From a virus: a stretch of DNA of 64,000 nucleotides. The notes under the pieces are model-generated. The model saw only the letters and a program-made list of their open reading frames with translations, was not told the origin of the DNA and ran no database searches. The position numbers were made by a program, and so were the translations under genes. The stretch covers positions 28,336-92,335 of the IMG/VR virus record IMGVR_UViG_3300036770_007174; one strand, written 5' to 3'. Below, piece after piece: positions 29,459 to 38,744 of the stretch (its first letter is position 1; every line of letters starts with the position of its first letter).

Positions 29459-29672
29459 TCCAAACGAGTTCGAACTCGCCGCCATGCGCCGCGCTGGCGA
29501 GGCCGCGGGCGAGTTCATCGACGCCCTCGGCCGCACCGACATGGCGCGGTGGACGCCGGCGGAGTGGGTCAGCTTCGTGGAAACGATCTGCGGCGCGTAC
29601 GTCGATGCGCTGATCGACCAACAGGTCGCGGTCAATGCCGCGGCGACCAAGGTGCAAGGGCTGCCGGGATGA
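29307..29672 (+). CDS. DUF6511-like phage protein
   Basis: CRTC...CSRVC zinc motif plus ELAAM...GEFID.LG.TD; sits before the primase. Confidence 0.7.
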   Translation: MRSEPMACRTCGNPARHWDWFRRERGLRAHWTVPTCSRVCLEIRKERRMVDPNEFELAAMRRAGEAAGEFIDALGRTDMARWTPAEWVSFVETICGAYVDALIDQQVAVNAAATKVQGLPG

Positions 29673-31999
29673 GCGAGCCGAGCTTCATGGCCCGGTTCGG
29701 CGCCCAGTTGGTGGACAACGGCTACGCGGTGATCCCGATTATGCCGGGCAGCAAGGTGCCCGGCCGGTTCACCAGGGGACGCTGGCTCCCCTACACCGGA
29801 TGGACGAAGCACGCCGATCGCGCCACCACGCTCGACGAGATCGAGATCTGGTCGTCCTGGCCGGACTGCGGCGTCGGCATCGCGACCGGCGGCACGGTGG
29901 CACTCGACATCGATGTGCCCGATGCCCCTACCGCGCATGCGCTCACCGACTTGGCCGTCCAGCATCTCGGCGCGACGCCGTGCCTGCGGATCGGCCAGGC
30001 ACCGAAGCGGCTGCTGCTCTACCGGACCGAGAGACCCTTCGCCGGGCGGAAGCGGGCCCCGCTAGAGGTCCTCGCCCACGGCCAGCAGTTCGTCGCCTAC
30101 GCCATCCACCCCGGCACCGGGCAACCCTATTCCTGGCCCGATGAGAACCCGCTCGACGTGCCCTGGGACGCATTGCCGGTGTTCACTGAGGAGCAGGTTC
30201 TGGCATGGCTCGATGCCGCCCATGCGGCGGTGCCATCCGACCTGAGGCCCAAATCCCTCGCCGGCGCGGCCGCCCCCACGGTCTGGCGTGGTCCATCCGA
30301 TCCCCGCGGCACCTATGACGCCGTCGCCGCCGCACTCGCCTGGATCCCAAACGACGATCTCGACGGGCATTCCTGGATCACCATCGGCAACGCCATCAAG
30401 GCGGCTCTGGGGGAGGAGGGGCGGCAGTTGTGGCTCGACTGGTCGAAGTCGAGCGCCAAGTCGGGCGCCTCGGGGCGAGGCGATACGCCGGAGCGCCGCT
30501 GGGCCACCCTGCGGCCGCACAGCGTCGGCGCCGGCAGGATCTATGGCCTGGCCATCGACCGCGGTTGGGTGCCGCCGCCCGAGGTCACGCTGAATGGCGA
30601 CGCTGCCGAGCGGGCAAAGGAGGCACACCCCGCATCCGCGTTTCTGAAGAGGCTGGCACACAGCACGCAGCAACCAGACAAGCCCCTCCCCTACCGCGTC
30701 CCTCCCGAATTGCTGGCGGTGGATGGTGCGCTGAAGCTGTTCGTCGATTACGCCACCGCCACGGCTGTCAGCCCGCAGCCCTTCCTCGCCCTTGGCGCCG
30801 CTCTCTGCCTGGCCGGCACCCTGGCTGGCCGCCGCTACTGCACGCCGACGGATCTGCGCAGCAACCTCTATGCCGTGGGCATTGCCGACAGCGGTGGCGG
30901 CAAGGATCACGCCCGGCGCTGTACAAAGCGCGTGCTGCTGGCCGCCCACCTGGAACGATACCTCGGCGGCGAGGACCTCGCCTCTTCGGCAGGGCTGCTG
31001 TCGTCCTTGCAGCTGCACCCGGCCCGGCTGTTCCAGCTGGACGAATTCGGCCAGTTCCTGAAGCTTGTGCTGGCGCCGCGCGCACCCTTCCACAAAGCCG
31101 CGATCTGGTCCGAACTCACCAAGCTCTACACCTCGGCGGCAGAGCCCTACATCGGCACCGAGTACGCCGACCAGGGCAAGCGTCCGCGCGTGACCATCGA
31201 GCAACCCTGTGCCTGCCTGTGGGGTGTGACCGTCCCTGGCCCGTTCTGGACGGCGCTGGAAGGTGGGGCCCTGGCCGATGGCTCGCTCGCCCGATTCCTG
31301 GTGTTCCTCACGGAGGACGACTACCCGGAGCGCAACGAGACGCCTGCCGCGTTGGACCCTCCTGCGGAACTGATCGCCGCTCTCCAAGCCATCGCCGCCG
31401 GTGCCGTGGATCATGACTACGGCGGGAACCTCGCTTCCATCATGGAGGCGAACGCCGCCATCAGGCCCTACACGGTGCCCCTGACGCCAGGAGCCGTGAC
31501 CGCGATGGCGGCGGTGCGACGAGAGGCGACGGCGAAACTCCGCGCCCATCGCGGCACTCCGGCCACGGCGCTATTCGGGCGCCAGGCTGAGAACACGGCG
31601 AAGCTGGCACTGCTGGCCGCCGTCAGCCGCAACCCGGCGCGGCCCGTCACCGAGGCGCACGACGTCACCTGGGCAGCGCGCCTGGTGGAGCACTGCATCG
31701 CCACCATGCTGCGGGAAGCCGATCGGCGCGTCGCCGACACCCCGGCGGAGAGCCGCGTGAAGAAAGTGCTCGAGGTGATCCGTGCCGCAGGGAGGATCAG
31801 CCGGAGCGACTTCGCGCGAAAGACCCAGTTCCTCACCCGGCACGAGCGCGAGGAGGCAGTGACCCTACTGCTGGAGAGCCGGCAGATCGCCCTCGTCGAA
31901 GTGCCGGGCGCGAAGGGGCCGGCCACAGGGTGGCTGTCGGCAGTGCCGGACCTTGAAGAGTTGGCCGAGATTGAAGGGAGGGCACGTGCAGGTGTCTGA
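29669..31999 (+). CDS. Phage replication protein: Prim-Pol + PriCT-2 + DUF3987-type helicase domain
   Basis: GY.VIPI.PGSK.P, ALDID, IHP.TG.PY.W, WITIG.A, WSKSS.K, SGGGK, DEFG, GSLARFL. Confidence 0.87.
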   Translation: MSEPSFMARFGAQLVDNGYAVIPIMPGSKVPGRFTRGRWLPYTGWTKHADRATTLDEIEIWSSWPDCGVGIATGGTVALDIDVPDAPTAHALTDLAVQHLGATPCLRIGQAPKRLLLYRTERPFAGRKRAPLEVLAHGQQFVAYAIHPGTGQPYSWPDENPLDVPWDALPVFTEEQVLAWLDAAHAAVPSDLRPKSLAGAAAPTVWRGPSDPRGTYDAVAAALAWIPNDDLDGHSWITIGNAIKAALGEEGRQLWLDWSKSSAKSGASGRGDTPERRWATLRPHSVGAGRIYGLAIDRGWVPPPEVTLNGDAAERAKEAHPASAFLKRLAHSTQQPDKPLPYRVPPELLAVDGALKLFVDYATATAVSPQPFLALGAALCLAGTLAGRRYCTPTDLRSNLYAVGIADSGGGKDHARRCTKRVLLAAHLERYLGGEDLASSAGLLSSLQLHPARLFQLDEFGQFLKLVLAPRAPFHKAAIWSELTKLYTSAAEPYIGTEYADQGKRPRVTIEQPCACLWGVTVPGPFWTALEGGALADGSLARFLVFLTEDDYPERNETPAALDPPAELIAALQAIAAGAVDHDYGGNLASIMEANAAIRPYTVPLTPGAVTAMAAVRREATAKLRAHRGTPATALFGRQAENTAKLALLAAVSRNPARPVTEAHDVTWAARLVEHCIATMLREADRRVADTPAESRVKKVLEVIRAAGRISRSDFARKTQFLTRHEREEAVTLLLESRQIALVEVPGAKGPATGWLSAVPDLEELAEIEGRARAGV

Positions 32000-32013
32000 A
32001 AACGCTACCAACC

Positions 32014-32171
32014 ACTACTTTTCAACTCTTCACGCGCGCGCATATCGCGGACGGAAGGGTACGTGCGGGAGAACCCCGTTTGAAGAGTTGAATAGTAGTA
32101 TATATAGAAATTATATAATTATATCAGCTCCCTACGGGACTCCCACCCCCCCACACGTCACTACTCTTCAA
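32014..32171. other. Candidate phage replication origin
   Basis: 19-bp inverted repeat (32014-32032 / 32081-32099, 1 mismatch), adjacent nearly pure A/T tract ~32091-32124, partial third copy at 32160. Confidence 0.65.
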
Positions 32172-32194
32172 GGGCGGCATCCCAGGGGGCGGTC

Positions 32195-32422
32195 GTGAGC
32201 ATCCCTGGCGCACCCCGTCCGCCACGGTCCAGCCTGCATCGCGCCGGCAGCCCCACCAGCACCGCAGACCTCGAAGCCATGCGTGCAGCTGCCTGGCACC
32301 GCCATGGCGTGGCCGCCCTGCCCATCCACGACATTACCGACCCCTGGCTGCGCCAGGCCATCACCAACGAAGCCACCCGCCGCTGGGGGCGTCGCAAGGA
32401 GGGACAGACCGATGGCCGCTAG
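32195..32422 (+). CDS. Small phage hypothetical protein
   Basis: MR..AW..HGV...DPWLRQ....A.RRWG pattern; overlaps the next gene. Confidence 0.6.
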   Translation: MSIPGAPRPPRSSLHRAGSPTSTADLEAMRAAAWHRHGVAALPIHDITDPWLRQAITNEATRRWGRRKEGQTDGR

Positions 32423-32960
32423 GAAGAACCGCCGGAAGAGCCCTGTCATCCTGGAGGACCTGTCCAAGCCATCGCAGTGGCGGTTGCAGCATGGCTCCTT
32501 CTCCGAGCCAGTCCGTGAGCCAGACCCGGAGAGCGGCGTGCCCCGGGCGCATCGCTATGCCATCGACACGCTCGGCACCATGCTCGGTAACGGCACGATC
32601 ACCGCCGAGATGCACGACGCGGGTGCGCTGTTCCGCCGGCACTTCCGTGCCGCCGCACTCGATCCGCTGCGTGGCATGTCGCTGCTCAAGATCCCGGGCG
32701 GCAGCGGCGACTCCCTCACCGAGCAGCAGCACTCCGGCCGGCGACGCGTGGCCGAGGCCATGGAAGCATTGGGCGGCTTCAACAGCGCCGGCGCATCCTG
32801 CGTCTGGCACGTGGTCGGCCTAGAATTCTCGATCACCGAATGGGCGCGCCGCCACGGGTGGGGTGGACGTCCGGTCGGCGCGACACAGGCCCAGGGCATG
32901 CTGGTCGTGGCGCTCGGTGTGTTGGCCGGTCACTATGGATTGACTCGATCCATCCAATAG
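32412..32960 (+). CDS. Putative late-gene regulator (DUF6456-like HTH)
   Basis: Last gene of the early operon; CVWHVVGLE.SI.EWA...GW...L..ALG.LA.HYG. Confidence 0.65.
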   Translation: MAARKNRRKSPVILEDLSKPSQWRLQHGSFSEPVREPDPESGVPRAHRYAIDTLGTMLGNGTITAEMHDAGALFRRHFRAAALDPLRGMSLLKIPGGSGDSLTEQQHSGRRRVAEAMEALGGFNSAGASCVWHVVGLEFSITEWARRHGWGGRPVGATQAQGMLVVALGVLAGHYGLTRSIQ

Positions 32961-33007
32961 GACGGAATTGATTCTTAGGTGACATCACGTCGCACTCCGC
33001 ACCTCGA

Positions 33008-34015
33008 ATGAACAATATCATGATGGCTAGCACAGCACAGAATAGACGCCCTCAACGGCTCATCTTAGACACCAATGTGTGGCGATACATCGTAGACGGT
33101 AATGCCATTCCAAACTTACTGAAACACACCCGAAAATATGATGTGGACATCCTAATCACACCTAGTGTTCTGTACGAAGCAATTAGGTCTGTAGATATTA
33201 ATCTCCGCCAAAATCTTGTTTCTTCGATGACTATGCAGAAGTGGTGCCGCCTCATGCCTGAGGCATTTTCTGAAAGCCAAGAATTGTTGGAGGAAATTCG
33301 ACGCGTTAGACCAGATTGGTTAAAAATTCCAAAGCAACCTCAGAAATTCATCCGACTGCGATATGATTGGAGTCGAAGGAGCGGAGGATTTTGGGATCGT
33401 GCACGATTTAATACTGACCAAGAGGCTTCTTATATTTTTATGAGCAACGGCGACCTGGAAATTGCACGCGAAGGGGCGCGCAACCGACGTGATGACTTGA
33501 AAAACTCGTCGTGGAAAGAGTCGCATCCATTGAAAGACGTGTGGGTCGATTTGCCTGTGCGCCCCGCGGGGTGGGCCAATAAGCCTGTTGAGGCCTGGCG
33601 AGCATTGGGTTGGATGGCGACAGGTAATGCCATATCGCGCGGGGATCATCCTTATCGTGAATGGCTATCAGACTTCGTTGATTTAGATAAGATTCAATTC
33701 GATTCGACAGGATGGGTCAAACTATGGCTTTCCGACATCGGTTTGCACAGAATGCCACGCGCTTGGCTTCGATGGGCATTTGAGCATTTACAACAGTTCA
33801 GAAAAGTCACCGATGGCGCGCCATGCGACGTTCAGCTCGCGACATACTTGCTCGATGCCGATTGTGTCGTTTCAGCCGACAAGACCTTCATCCAGTTGGT
33901 AGAGCGTGTCCGAACCGAGGCTCCGTTCACCATCGCTAGGGGCATATGCGTGCCAGGTGGCATTCCAGGGATAAAAGCGCTCTTTGAAGTGATGTCGACG
34001 TGCGGGCAGCGCTAA
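33008..34015 (+). CDS. PIN-domain-like protein, lower-GC moron
   Basis: LILDTNVW at the N-terminus, VLYE, and CDVQ...VSADK acidic residues at the C-terminus; AT-richer codon use than neighbours. Confidence 0.65.
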   Translation: MNNIMMASTAQNRRPQRLILDTNVWRYIVDGNAIPNLLKHTRKYDVDILITPSVLYEAIRSVDINLRQNLVSSMTMQKWCRLMPEAFSESQELLEEIRRVRPDWLKIPKQPQKFIRLRYDWSRRSGGFWDRARFNTDQEASYIFMSNGDLEIAREGARNRRDDLKNSSWKESHPLKDVWVDLPVRPAGWANKPVEAWRALGWMATGNAISRGDHPYREWLSDFVDLDKIQFDSTGWVKLWLSDIGLHRMPRAWLRWAFEHLQQFRKVTDGAPCDVQLATYLLDADCVVSADKTFIQLVERVRTEAPFTIARGICVPGGIPGIKALFEVMSTCGQR

Positions 34016-34140
34016 ATCTGTCGAGCGCTACATCTTCGCACTCCCCAGCAAAACTGGGATCATGTAGTTTCTCGATAGTCGCTGTTGGTGGGCCACCGGC
34101 CCCGACGGCATTGAGCCTACCCAACCTGCATCGATCCCAT

Positions 34141-34183
34141 GGTTCCTTCCTGGGCCGGATCGATGCGGGGGGACTGCGCGCGA
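34141..34183 (+). other. Candidate cos site (cosQ/cosN-like)
   Basis: GGTTCCTTCC followed by GCG|GGGGGACTGCGC|GCG resembles lambda GGGTCCTTTCC...ACG|GGGCGGCGACCT|CGCG; the phage has a GpA-type terminase. Confidence 0.5.
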
Positions 34184-34314
34184 TAGACCCCTAGCGCCAG
34201 GTCTCAATTTTGGTGCGCGGTGCGCAGACACCACCAATCAGCCCGCGGAATTCCGCCACTTCTGACCGCGCCTTTCCGCGCGCGGTTCGCACTCACTGCA
34301 ACCCGGATGTTCCC

Positions 34315-35784
34315 ATGCCCGTACCCTGGATGGCCGCGAAGATCGTGCTGCGTCCGGTGGGGGAACTGCGCGCGCACGCCGGCAACGCCCGGCTGCATTC
34401 GGCAGAGCAGATCGACCAGATCAAGGCCAGCATGCTCGCCTTCGGCTTCACCAACCCGCTTCTGGTGGATGAGCATGGCGTGCTGATCGCCGGTCACGGC
34501 CGCCTCGAAGCGGCACAGGCGCTCGGCATCGCCAAGGTGCCGGTGGTCGTGCTGAAGCACCTGTCGCCGGCGCAGAAGGACGCCCTGCGGCTCGCCGACA
34601 ACCGCATCGCCGAGAACGCCACCTGGGATCAGGCACTGCTGCGCGATGCGCTGGCCGGGCTGCAGCAGGCGGGCGAGCTCGATCTCGTGGCCATCGGCTT
34701 CTCGCAGGACGAGATCAGCGCGATCCTGGCCGCCGCGGACCAAGCCGTCACCGATGGCGATGCGCGAGACGAGCCGGAGAGCACCGATGTCGATGGGCCG
34801 GGTGCGACGGCGGCGGGCGGCGATGGCGACGACGAAGATCCCGCCGATGCCGCGCCGGAGCCGCCGCGCCAGGCTGTTGCCCGCGTCGGCGATGTCTGGT
34901 GCCTCGGGGATCATCGATTGGCCTGCGGCGACAGCACCGACCCGGCCATCATCGCCCGCCTGATGCGCGGCGAGGGAGCGGCGCTGCTGTTCACCTCCCC
35001 GCCGTATGGCAGCCAGAGGAACTACACCACCGGTGGCATCGGCGACTGGGATACGCTGATGCGCGGCGTGTTCCAGCACGCCGGCGAGGCCCTGCCCGCC
35101 GATGGCCAGATCCTGGTGAACCTCGGGCTCACCCATCGCGACAACGAGTGGCACCCCTATTGGCAGGGCTGGATCGAGTGGATGCGCACGATCGGCTGGC
35201 GTAGGTTCGGCTGGTATGTCTGGGACCAGGGTCCTGGCCTGCCCGGCGACTGGAATGGTCGCCTCGCGCCCAGCTTCGAGTTCCTGTTCCACTTCAACCG
35301 ACAGGCCCGCAAGGCGAACAAGATCATCCCGTGCAAATGGGCCGGCGATCCGCTGCTGATGTCCGGACTGCGCCGGGCAGACGGCACGATGAGCGGCAAC
35401 TCACATGAGGGGCGGCCGATCCAGGAATTCCGCATTCCGGACAACGTGGTGCGCATCACCCGGCACAAGGAGCGGGGCATCGAGGTCGAGCACCCAGCGG
35501 TGTTCCCGGTGAAGCTGCCGGCCTTCGTCATGGAGGCGTTCTCCCAGCCCGGCGACGTGGTGTTCGAGCCCTTCTCCGGGTCCGGGACCACCATCCTGGC
35601 CGGCCAGCGCACCGGACGAGTGATCCGGGCGATCGAACTGGCGCCGGCCTATGTCGATCTCGCCATCACGCGGTGGCGGCAGAACCATCCCGATCTGCCA
35701 GTCACCCTCGACGGCGACGGGCGGGGCTATGACGCCGTGGCCGCGGAACGCACCAAGGTGATGGAGGCCGCCGATGCAGCTTGA
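34315..35784 (+). CDS. ParB-N domain + beta-class DNA methyltransferase (SPPY)
   Basis: NARLHS..QI, AGHGRL, LADN; TSPPY, HPAVFP, EPFSGSGTT. Confidence 0.9.
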   Translation: MPVPWMAAKIVLRPVGELRAHAGNARLHSAEQIDQIKASMLAFGFTNPLLVDEHGVLIAGHGRLEAAQALGIAKVPVVVLKHLSPAQKDALRLADNRIAENATWDQALLRDALAGLQQAGELDLVAIGFSQDEISAILAAADQAVTDGDARDEPESTDVDGPGATAAGGDGDDEDPADAAPEPPRQAVARVGDVWCLGDHRLACGDSTDPAIIARLMRGEGAALLFTSPPYGSQRNYTTGGIGDWDTLMRGVFQHAGEALPADGQILVNLGLTHRDNEWHPYWQGWIEWMRTIGWRRFGWYVWDQGPGLPGDWNGRLAPSFEFLFHFNRQARKANKIIPCKWAGDPLLMSGLRRADGTMSGNSHEGRPIQEFRIPDNVVRITRHKERGIEVEHPAVFPVKLPAFVMEAFSQPGDVVFEPFSGSGTTILAGQRTGRVIRAIELAPAYVDLAITRWRQNHPDLPVTLDGDGRGYDAVAAERTKVMEAADAA

Positions 35785-37033
35785 TCTTGCTGTCATCTCC
35801 ATGCCGGTGGCGTCGTTGGTGCCGTATGCCGCCAACGCCCGCACGCATTCCGATGCGCAAGTTGGCCAGATCGCGGCCTCCATCGCCGAGTTTGGCTTCG
35901 TGAACCCGGTGCTGGTCGATGCGGCGGGCGTGCTGGTCGCGGGCCACGGCCGAGTGCTGGCCGCGAAGCGGCTCGGCCTGGCCTCCGTGCCGGCGATCCG
36001 CCTGGCGCACCTGACGGAGGCGCAAGCCCGTGCCCTTCGGCTTACCGACAACCAGATCGCGCTCAACTCCGGCTGGGACGAGGCGCTGCTGGCGACTGAA
36101 CTCGCGCGCATCCGGGAGGACGGCTTCGATCTTGCGCTGCTCGGCTTCGATCAGGCGGCACTCGACGCGCTGCTGGCCGAAGCTGGGCTGGATGGCGGTG
36201 CCGGCAACGGGACGGACGAGGACGCGCCGGCGCCGGAACCGCCGACTCAGCCGACGACGCGCCCCGGCGATCTGTGGCGGCTCGGGCGGCACCGCCTGCT
36301 CTGCGGCGACGCCACCAATGCTGCCGACGTGCAGCGCCTTCTGGCAGGAGCCAAGCCGCACCTCCTGGTGAGCGACCCGCCGTATGGGGTGGAGTACGAT
36401 CCGACCTGGCGCAACGCGGCCGGCGTGTCCGCCACCGCCCGGGTGGGTCATGTGCCGAACGACCACCGCGCCGACTGGCGCGAAGCCTGGGCGCTGTTCC
36501 CCGGGGACGTGGCCTACATCTGGCATGCCGGGCGCAACTCACGCGTCGTCGCCGAGAGCTTGGAGGCCGCCGGCTTCGGCATCCGCTCCCAGATCATTTG
36601 GGCAAAGTCCCGGCTGGTGCTCGGGCGCGGCGACTATCACTGGCAGCACGAGCCCTGTTTCTACGCCGTCCGCGACGGCAAGACCGGTCACTGGCAGGGG
36701 GCGCGGGATCAGACGACGCTATGGACAGTTGCCACCGCCAGCGGCGACGAAGACGCGGCCACGGTGCATGGCACCCAGAAGCCAGTCGAGGTGATGCGCC
36801 GGCCGATGCTGAACAACAGCGAGCCGGGCCAGGCGGTGTATGAGCCGTTCTGCGGCAGCGGCACCACGGTCATCGCCGCCGAGACAGCGGGGCGGGTGTG
36901 CCTGGCGATGGAGATCAGCCCCGACTACTGCGACGTGGCGGTGCTGCGCTGGCGGGCCTTTGCCGGCGAGCCCGCTATCCTTGAGGGAGAAGACCGGACG
37001 TTCGACGACATTGCCTGCCTCCGGACCGCCTGA
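35774..37033 (+). CDS. ParB-N domain + beta-class DNA methyltransferase (DPPY)
   Basis: NARTHS..QV, AGHGR; SDPPY, HGTQKPV, EPFCGSGTT. Confidence 0.9.
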   Translation: MQLDLAVISMPVASLVPYAANARTHSDAQVGQIAASIAEFGFVNPVLVDAAGVLVAGHGRVLAAKRLGLASVPAIRLAHLTEAQARALRLTDNQIALNSGWDEALLATELARIREDGFDLALLGFDQAALDALLAEAGLDGGAGNGTDEDAPAPEPPTQPTTRPGDLWRLGRHRLLCGDATNAADVQRLLAGAKPHLLVSDPPYGVEYDPTWRNAAGVSATARVGHVPNDHRADWREAWALFPGDVAYIWHAGRNSRVVAESLEAAGFGIRSQIIWAKSRLVLGRGDYHWQHEPCFYAVRDGKTGHWQGARDQTTLWTVATASGDEDAATVHGTQKPVEVMRRPMLNNSEPGQAVYEPFCGSGTTVIAAETAGRVCLAMEISPDYCDVAVLRWRAFAGEPAILEGEDRTFDDIACLRTA

Positions 37034-37040
37034 CGTCTGT

Positions 37041-38393
37041 TCAGGCGGTGTCCTTCAGCCGAGATGGCCACCTGGGATGCCGATCGTCGACGATCAGGGC
37101 ATGCCGATGGCGGTAGCGGCCATTACCAAGGAGCACGACATCTCCTGCATCGCGCAGGTGCGGATCGTCTTCCCCTGCTGCGACATGCTCATGCTCGACC
37201 TCTTCGGGATCATCAGCTGGCCAGAGCCATGCCGCACCGGACGTGCCGACTAGGGCAAGGAGTGCCAAGGCGGCGAATGCGACGGGAATGCCGGGACCGG
37301 CCCCCAGCCAACCTGCCAATGGATAGGTCAAGAGCCAGCAGGCGTGGCTGAGCGCGAACTGGGCTGCGAAAAGAGCAGGCCGATCGCCAGGATGCGCCGA
37401 TCGGCGCAGGAGGCGCCCTGAGGGGGTCAGCACCAAGCCGTTGCCGATGCCGAGCACGAACCATAGCGGCAGAAGTATCGCCCAGTGACCGGCAGCCCAT
37501 GGACCAACTGCCATTCCGAGTATCAAGAGGGTCGCGCCCATGAGCATTGCCGCCCGATCCGGGGCGTGCATCAGGAGTCGAGGCAGGATCAGTGCCGCGA
37601 CGATGGAGCCCGCCCCATAGCTCGCGAAGGTGAAGGCGACTTCCCTGTCGGTCAGGCCAAGCCCTCCGCGGACTACCACCACGGTATTGACGATGACCAT
37701 GGCCCCCGCCGCCGCGACGGCAAGATTGAATGCCAGCAACCCGCGCAGCCGAGGCGTCGCCAGGTAGATGCGCGCGCCTCGGGTCACGCGCCGCCATGCC
37801 CCCTCTTCCTCGATTGCCGGCTTCGGCGAGGGGAGGAGGACTGTGATCACCAGCGCCGCCGATGCAATGAAGCCGAGGACCGTTCCTGCAAACAGCCAAT
37901 GAAACCCGATGACGCTCAGCAGCGCGGCCGCCAGGAGCGGGCTGACCAGTGCTTCCGTGTCGTAGGCGAGGCGGGAAAGCGACAGCGCCTTGGTATATTC
38001 CGCCTCGTCAGGTAGCACGTCTGGAATCGTGGCCTGGAATGTTGGCGTGAACGCTGCCGATCCACATTGCAGGATTGCGATCAGCACATACACCTGCCAG
38101 ATCTCTGTCACGAACGGCAACGCGACTGCGACCAGCGCCCGCATAAGGTCAAGCGCGACCAGCAAGGTCCGCCTGGGCACGAGATGGGTGAAGGCTCCCG
38201 CCACGGGCGCGACGGAGACATACGCCACCATCTTGATTGCCAGGGCGGTGCCCAACACCGCACCCGCATCGGCCCCAGCGAGTTCAAAGGCCAATAGCCC
38301 AAGCGCCACTGTGGCGAGCCCTGTTCCGAGCAGAGAGAGGAGTTGGGCAGCATAGAGGTGCCGATATGTCCGATCGGTCAGTGGCGACAGCAT
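37041..38393 (-). CDS. nreB: MFS transporter, NreB-like nickel efflux protein
   Basis: About 12 hydrophobic segments; YRHLY.AQ..SL.GTGL.TVALGLLA, AAQFALSHACWL.TYPLAGW, His-rich C-terminus HEH...HRH...DDRHPRWP. Confidence 0.8.
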   Translation of the reverse strand: MLSPLTDRTYRHLYAAQLLSLLGTGLATVALGLLAFELAGADAGAVLGTALAIKMVAYVSVAPVAGAFTHLVPRRTLLVALDLMRALVAVALPFVTEIWQVYVLIAILQCGSAAFTPTFQATIPDVLPDEAEYTKALSLSRLAYDTEALVSPLLAAALLSVIGFHWLFAGTVLGFIASAALVITVLLPSPKPAIEEEGAWRRVTRGARIYLATPRLRGLLAFNLAVAAAGAMVIVNTVVVVRGGLGLTDREVAFTFASYGAGSIVAALILPRLLMHAPDRAAMLMGATLLILGMAVGPWAAGHWAILLPLWFVLGIGNGLVLTPSGRLLRRSAHPGDRPALFAAQFALSHACWLLTYPLAGWLGAGPGIPVAFAALALLALVGTSGAAWLWPADDPEEVEHEHVAAGEDDPHLRDAGDVVLLGNGRYRHRHALIVDDRHPRWPSRLKDTA

Positions 38394-38697
38394 GGATGGG
38401 CCTCTCCCTGGTCGCGCCTCTCACAAGGCATGGTGCAAACCAGCCGCTTAAGGACGAACACTGGCACCACGATCTACGGGCGCGCGCCGCTTTCCGACAA
38501 GGCTGAGTACGGTGATGGCGCCAGCGACAGGCAACATCCAGTCTTGTGGCATCGCCAGCAGGACGGCCGCTGACCCGCCACTTCGCCCGTCAGTGTGCCG
38601 ACAACCGCAGGCTGACTGCAACGCACACCGAGGCCCGTCATAGTTGGAGGCTTATTGCGGTGAGGCGTTGCTTTTCGTGAACTTATCGAGGAGGAAT

Positions 38698-38726
38698 GCC
38701 GCCGTCTGCGGTAAGCAAACGGCGGC
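38698..38726 (-). terminator. Stem-loop downstream of the DUF3489 gene
   Basis: GCCGCCGTCTGC-GGTAA-GCAAACGGCGGC, 12-bp stem with 1 mismatch; no clear U tract. Confidence 0.35.
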
Positions 38727-38744
38727 GTCGGGCGAGGGTCGTTG

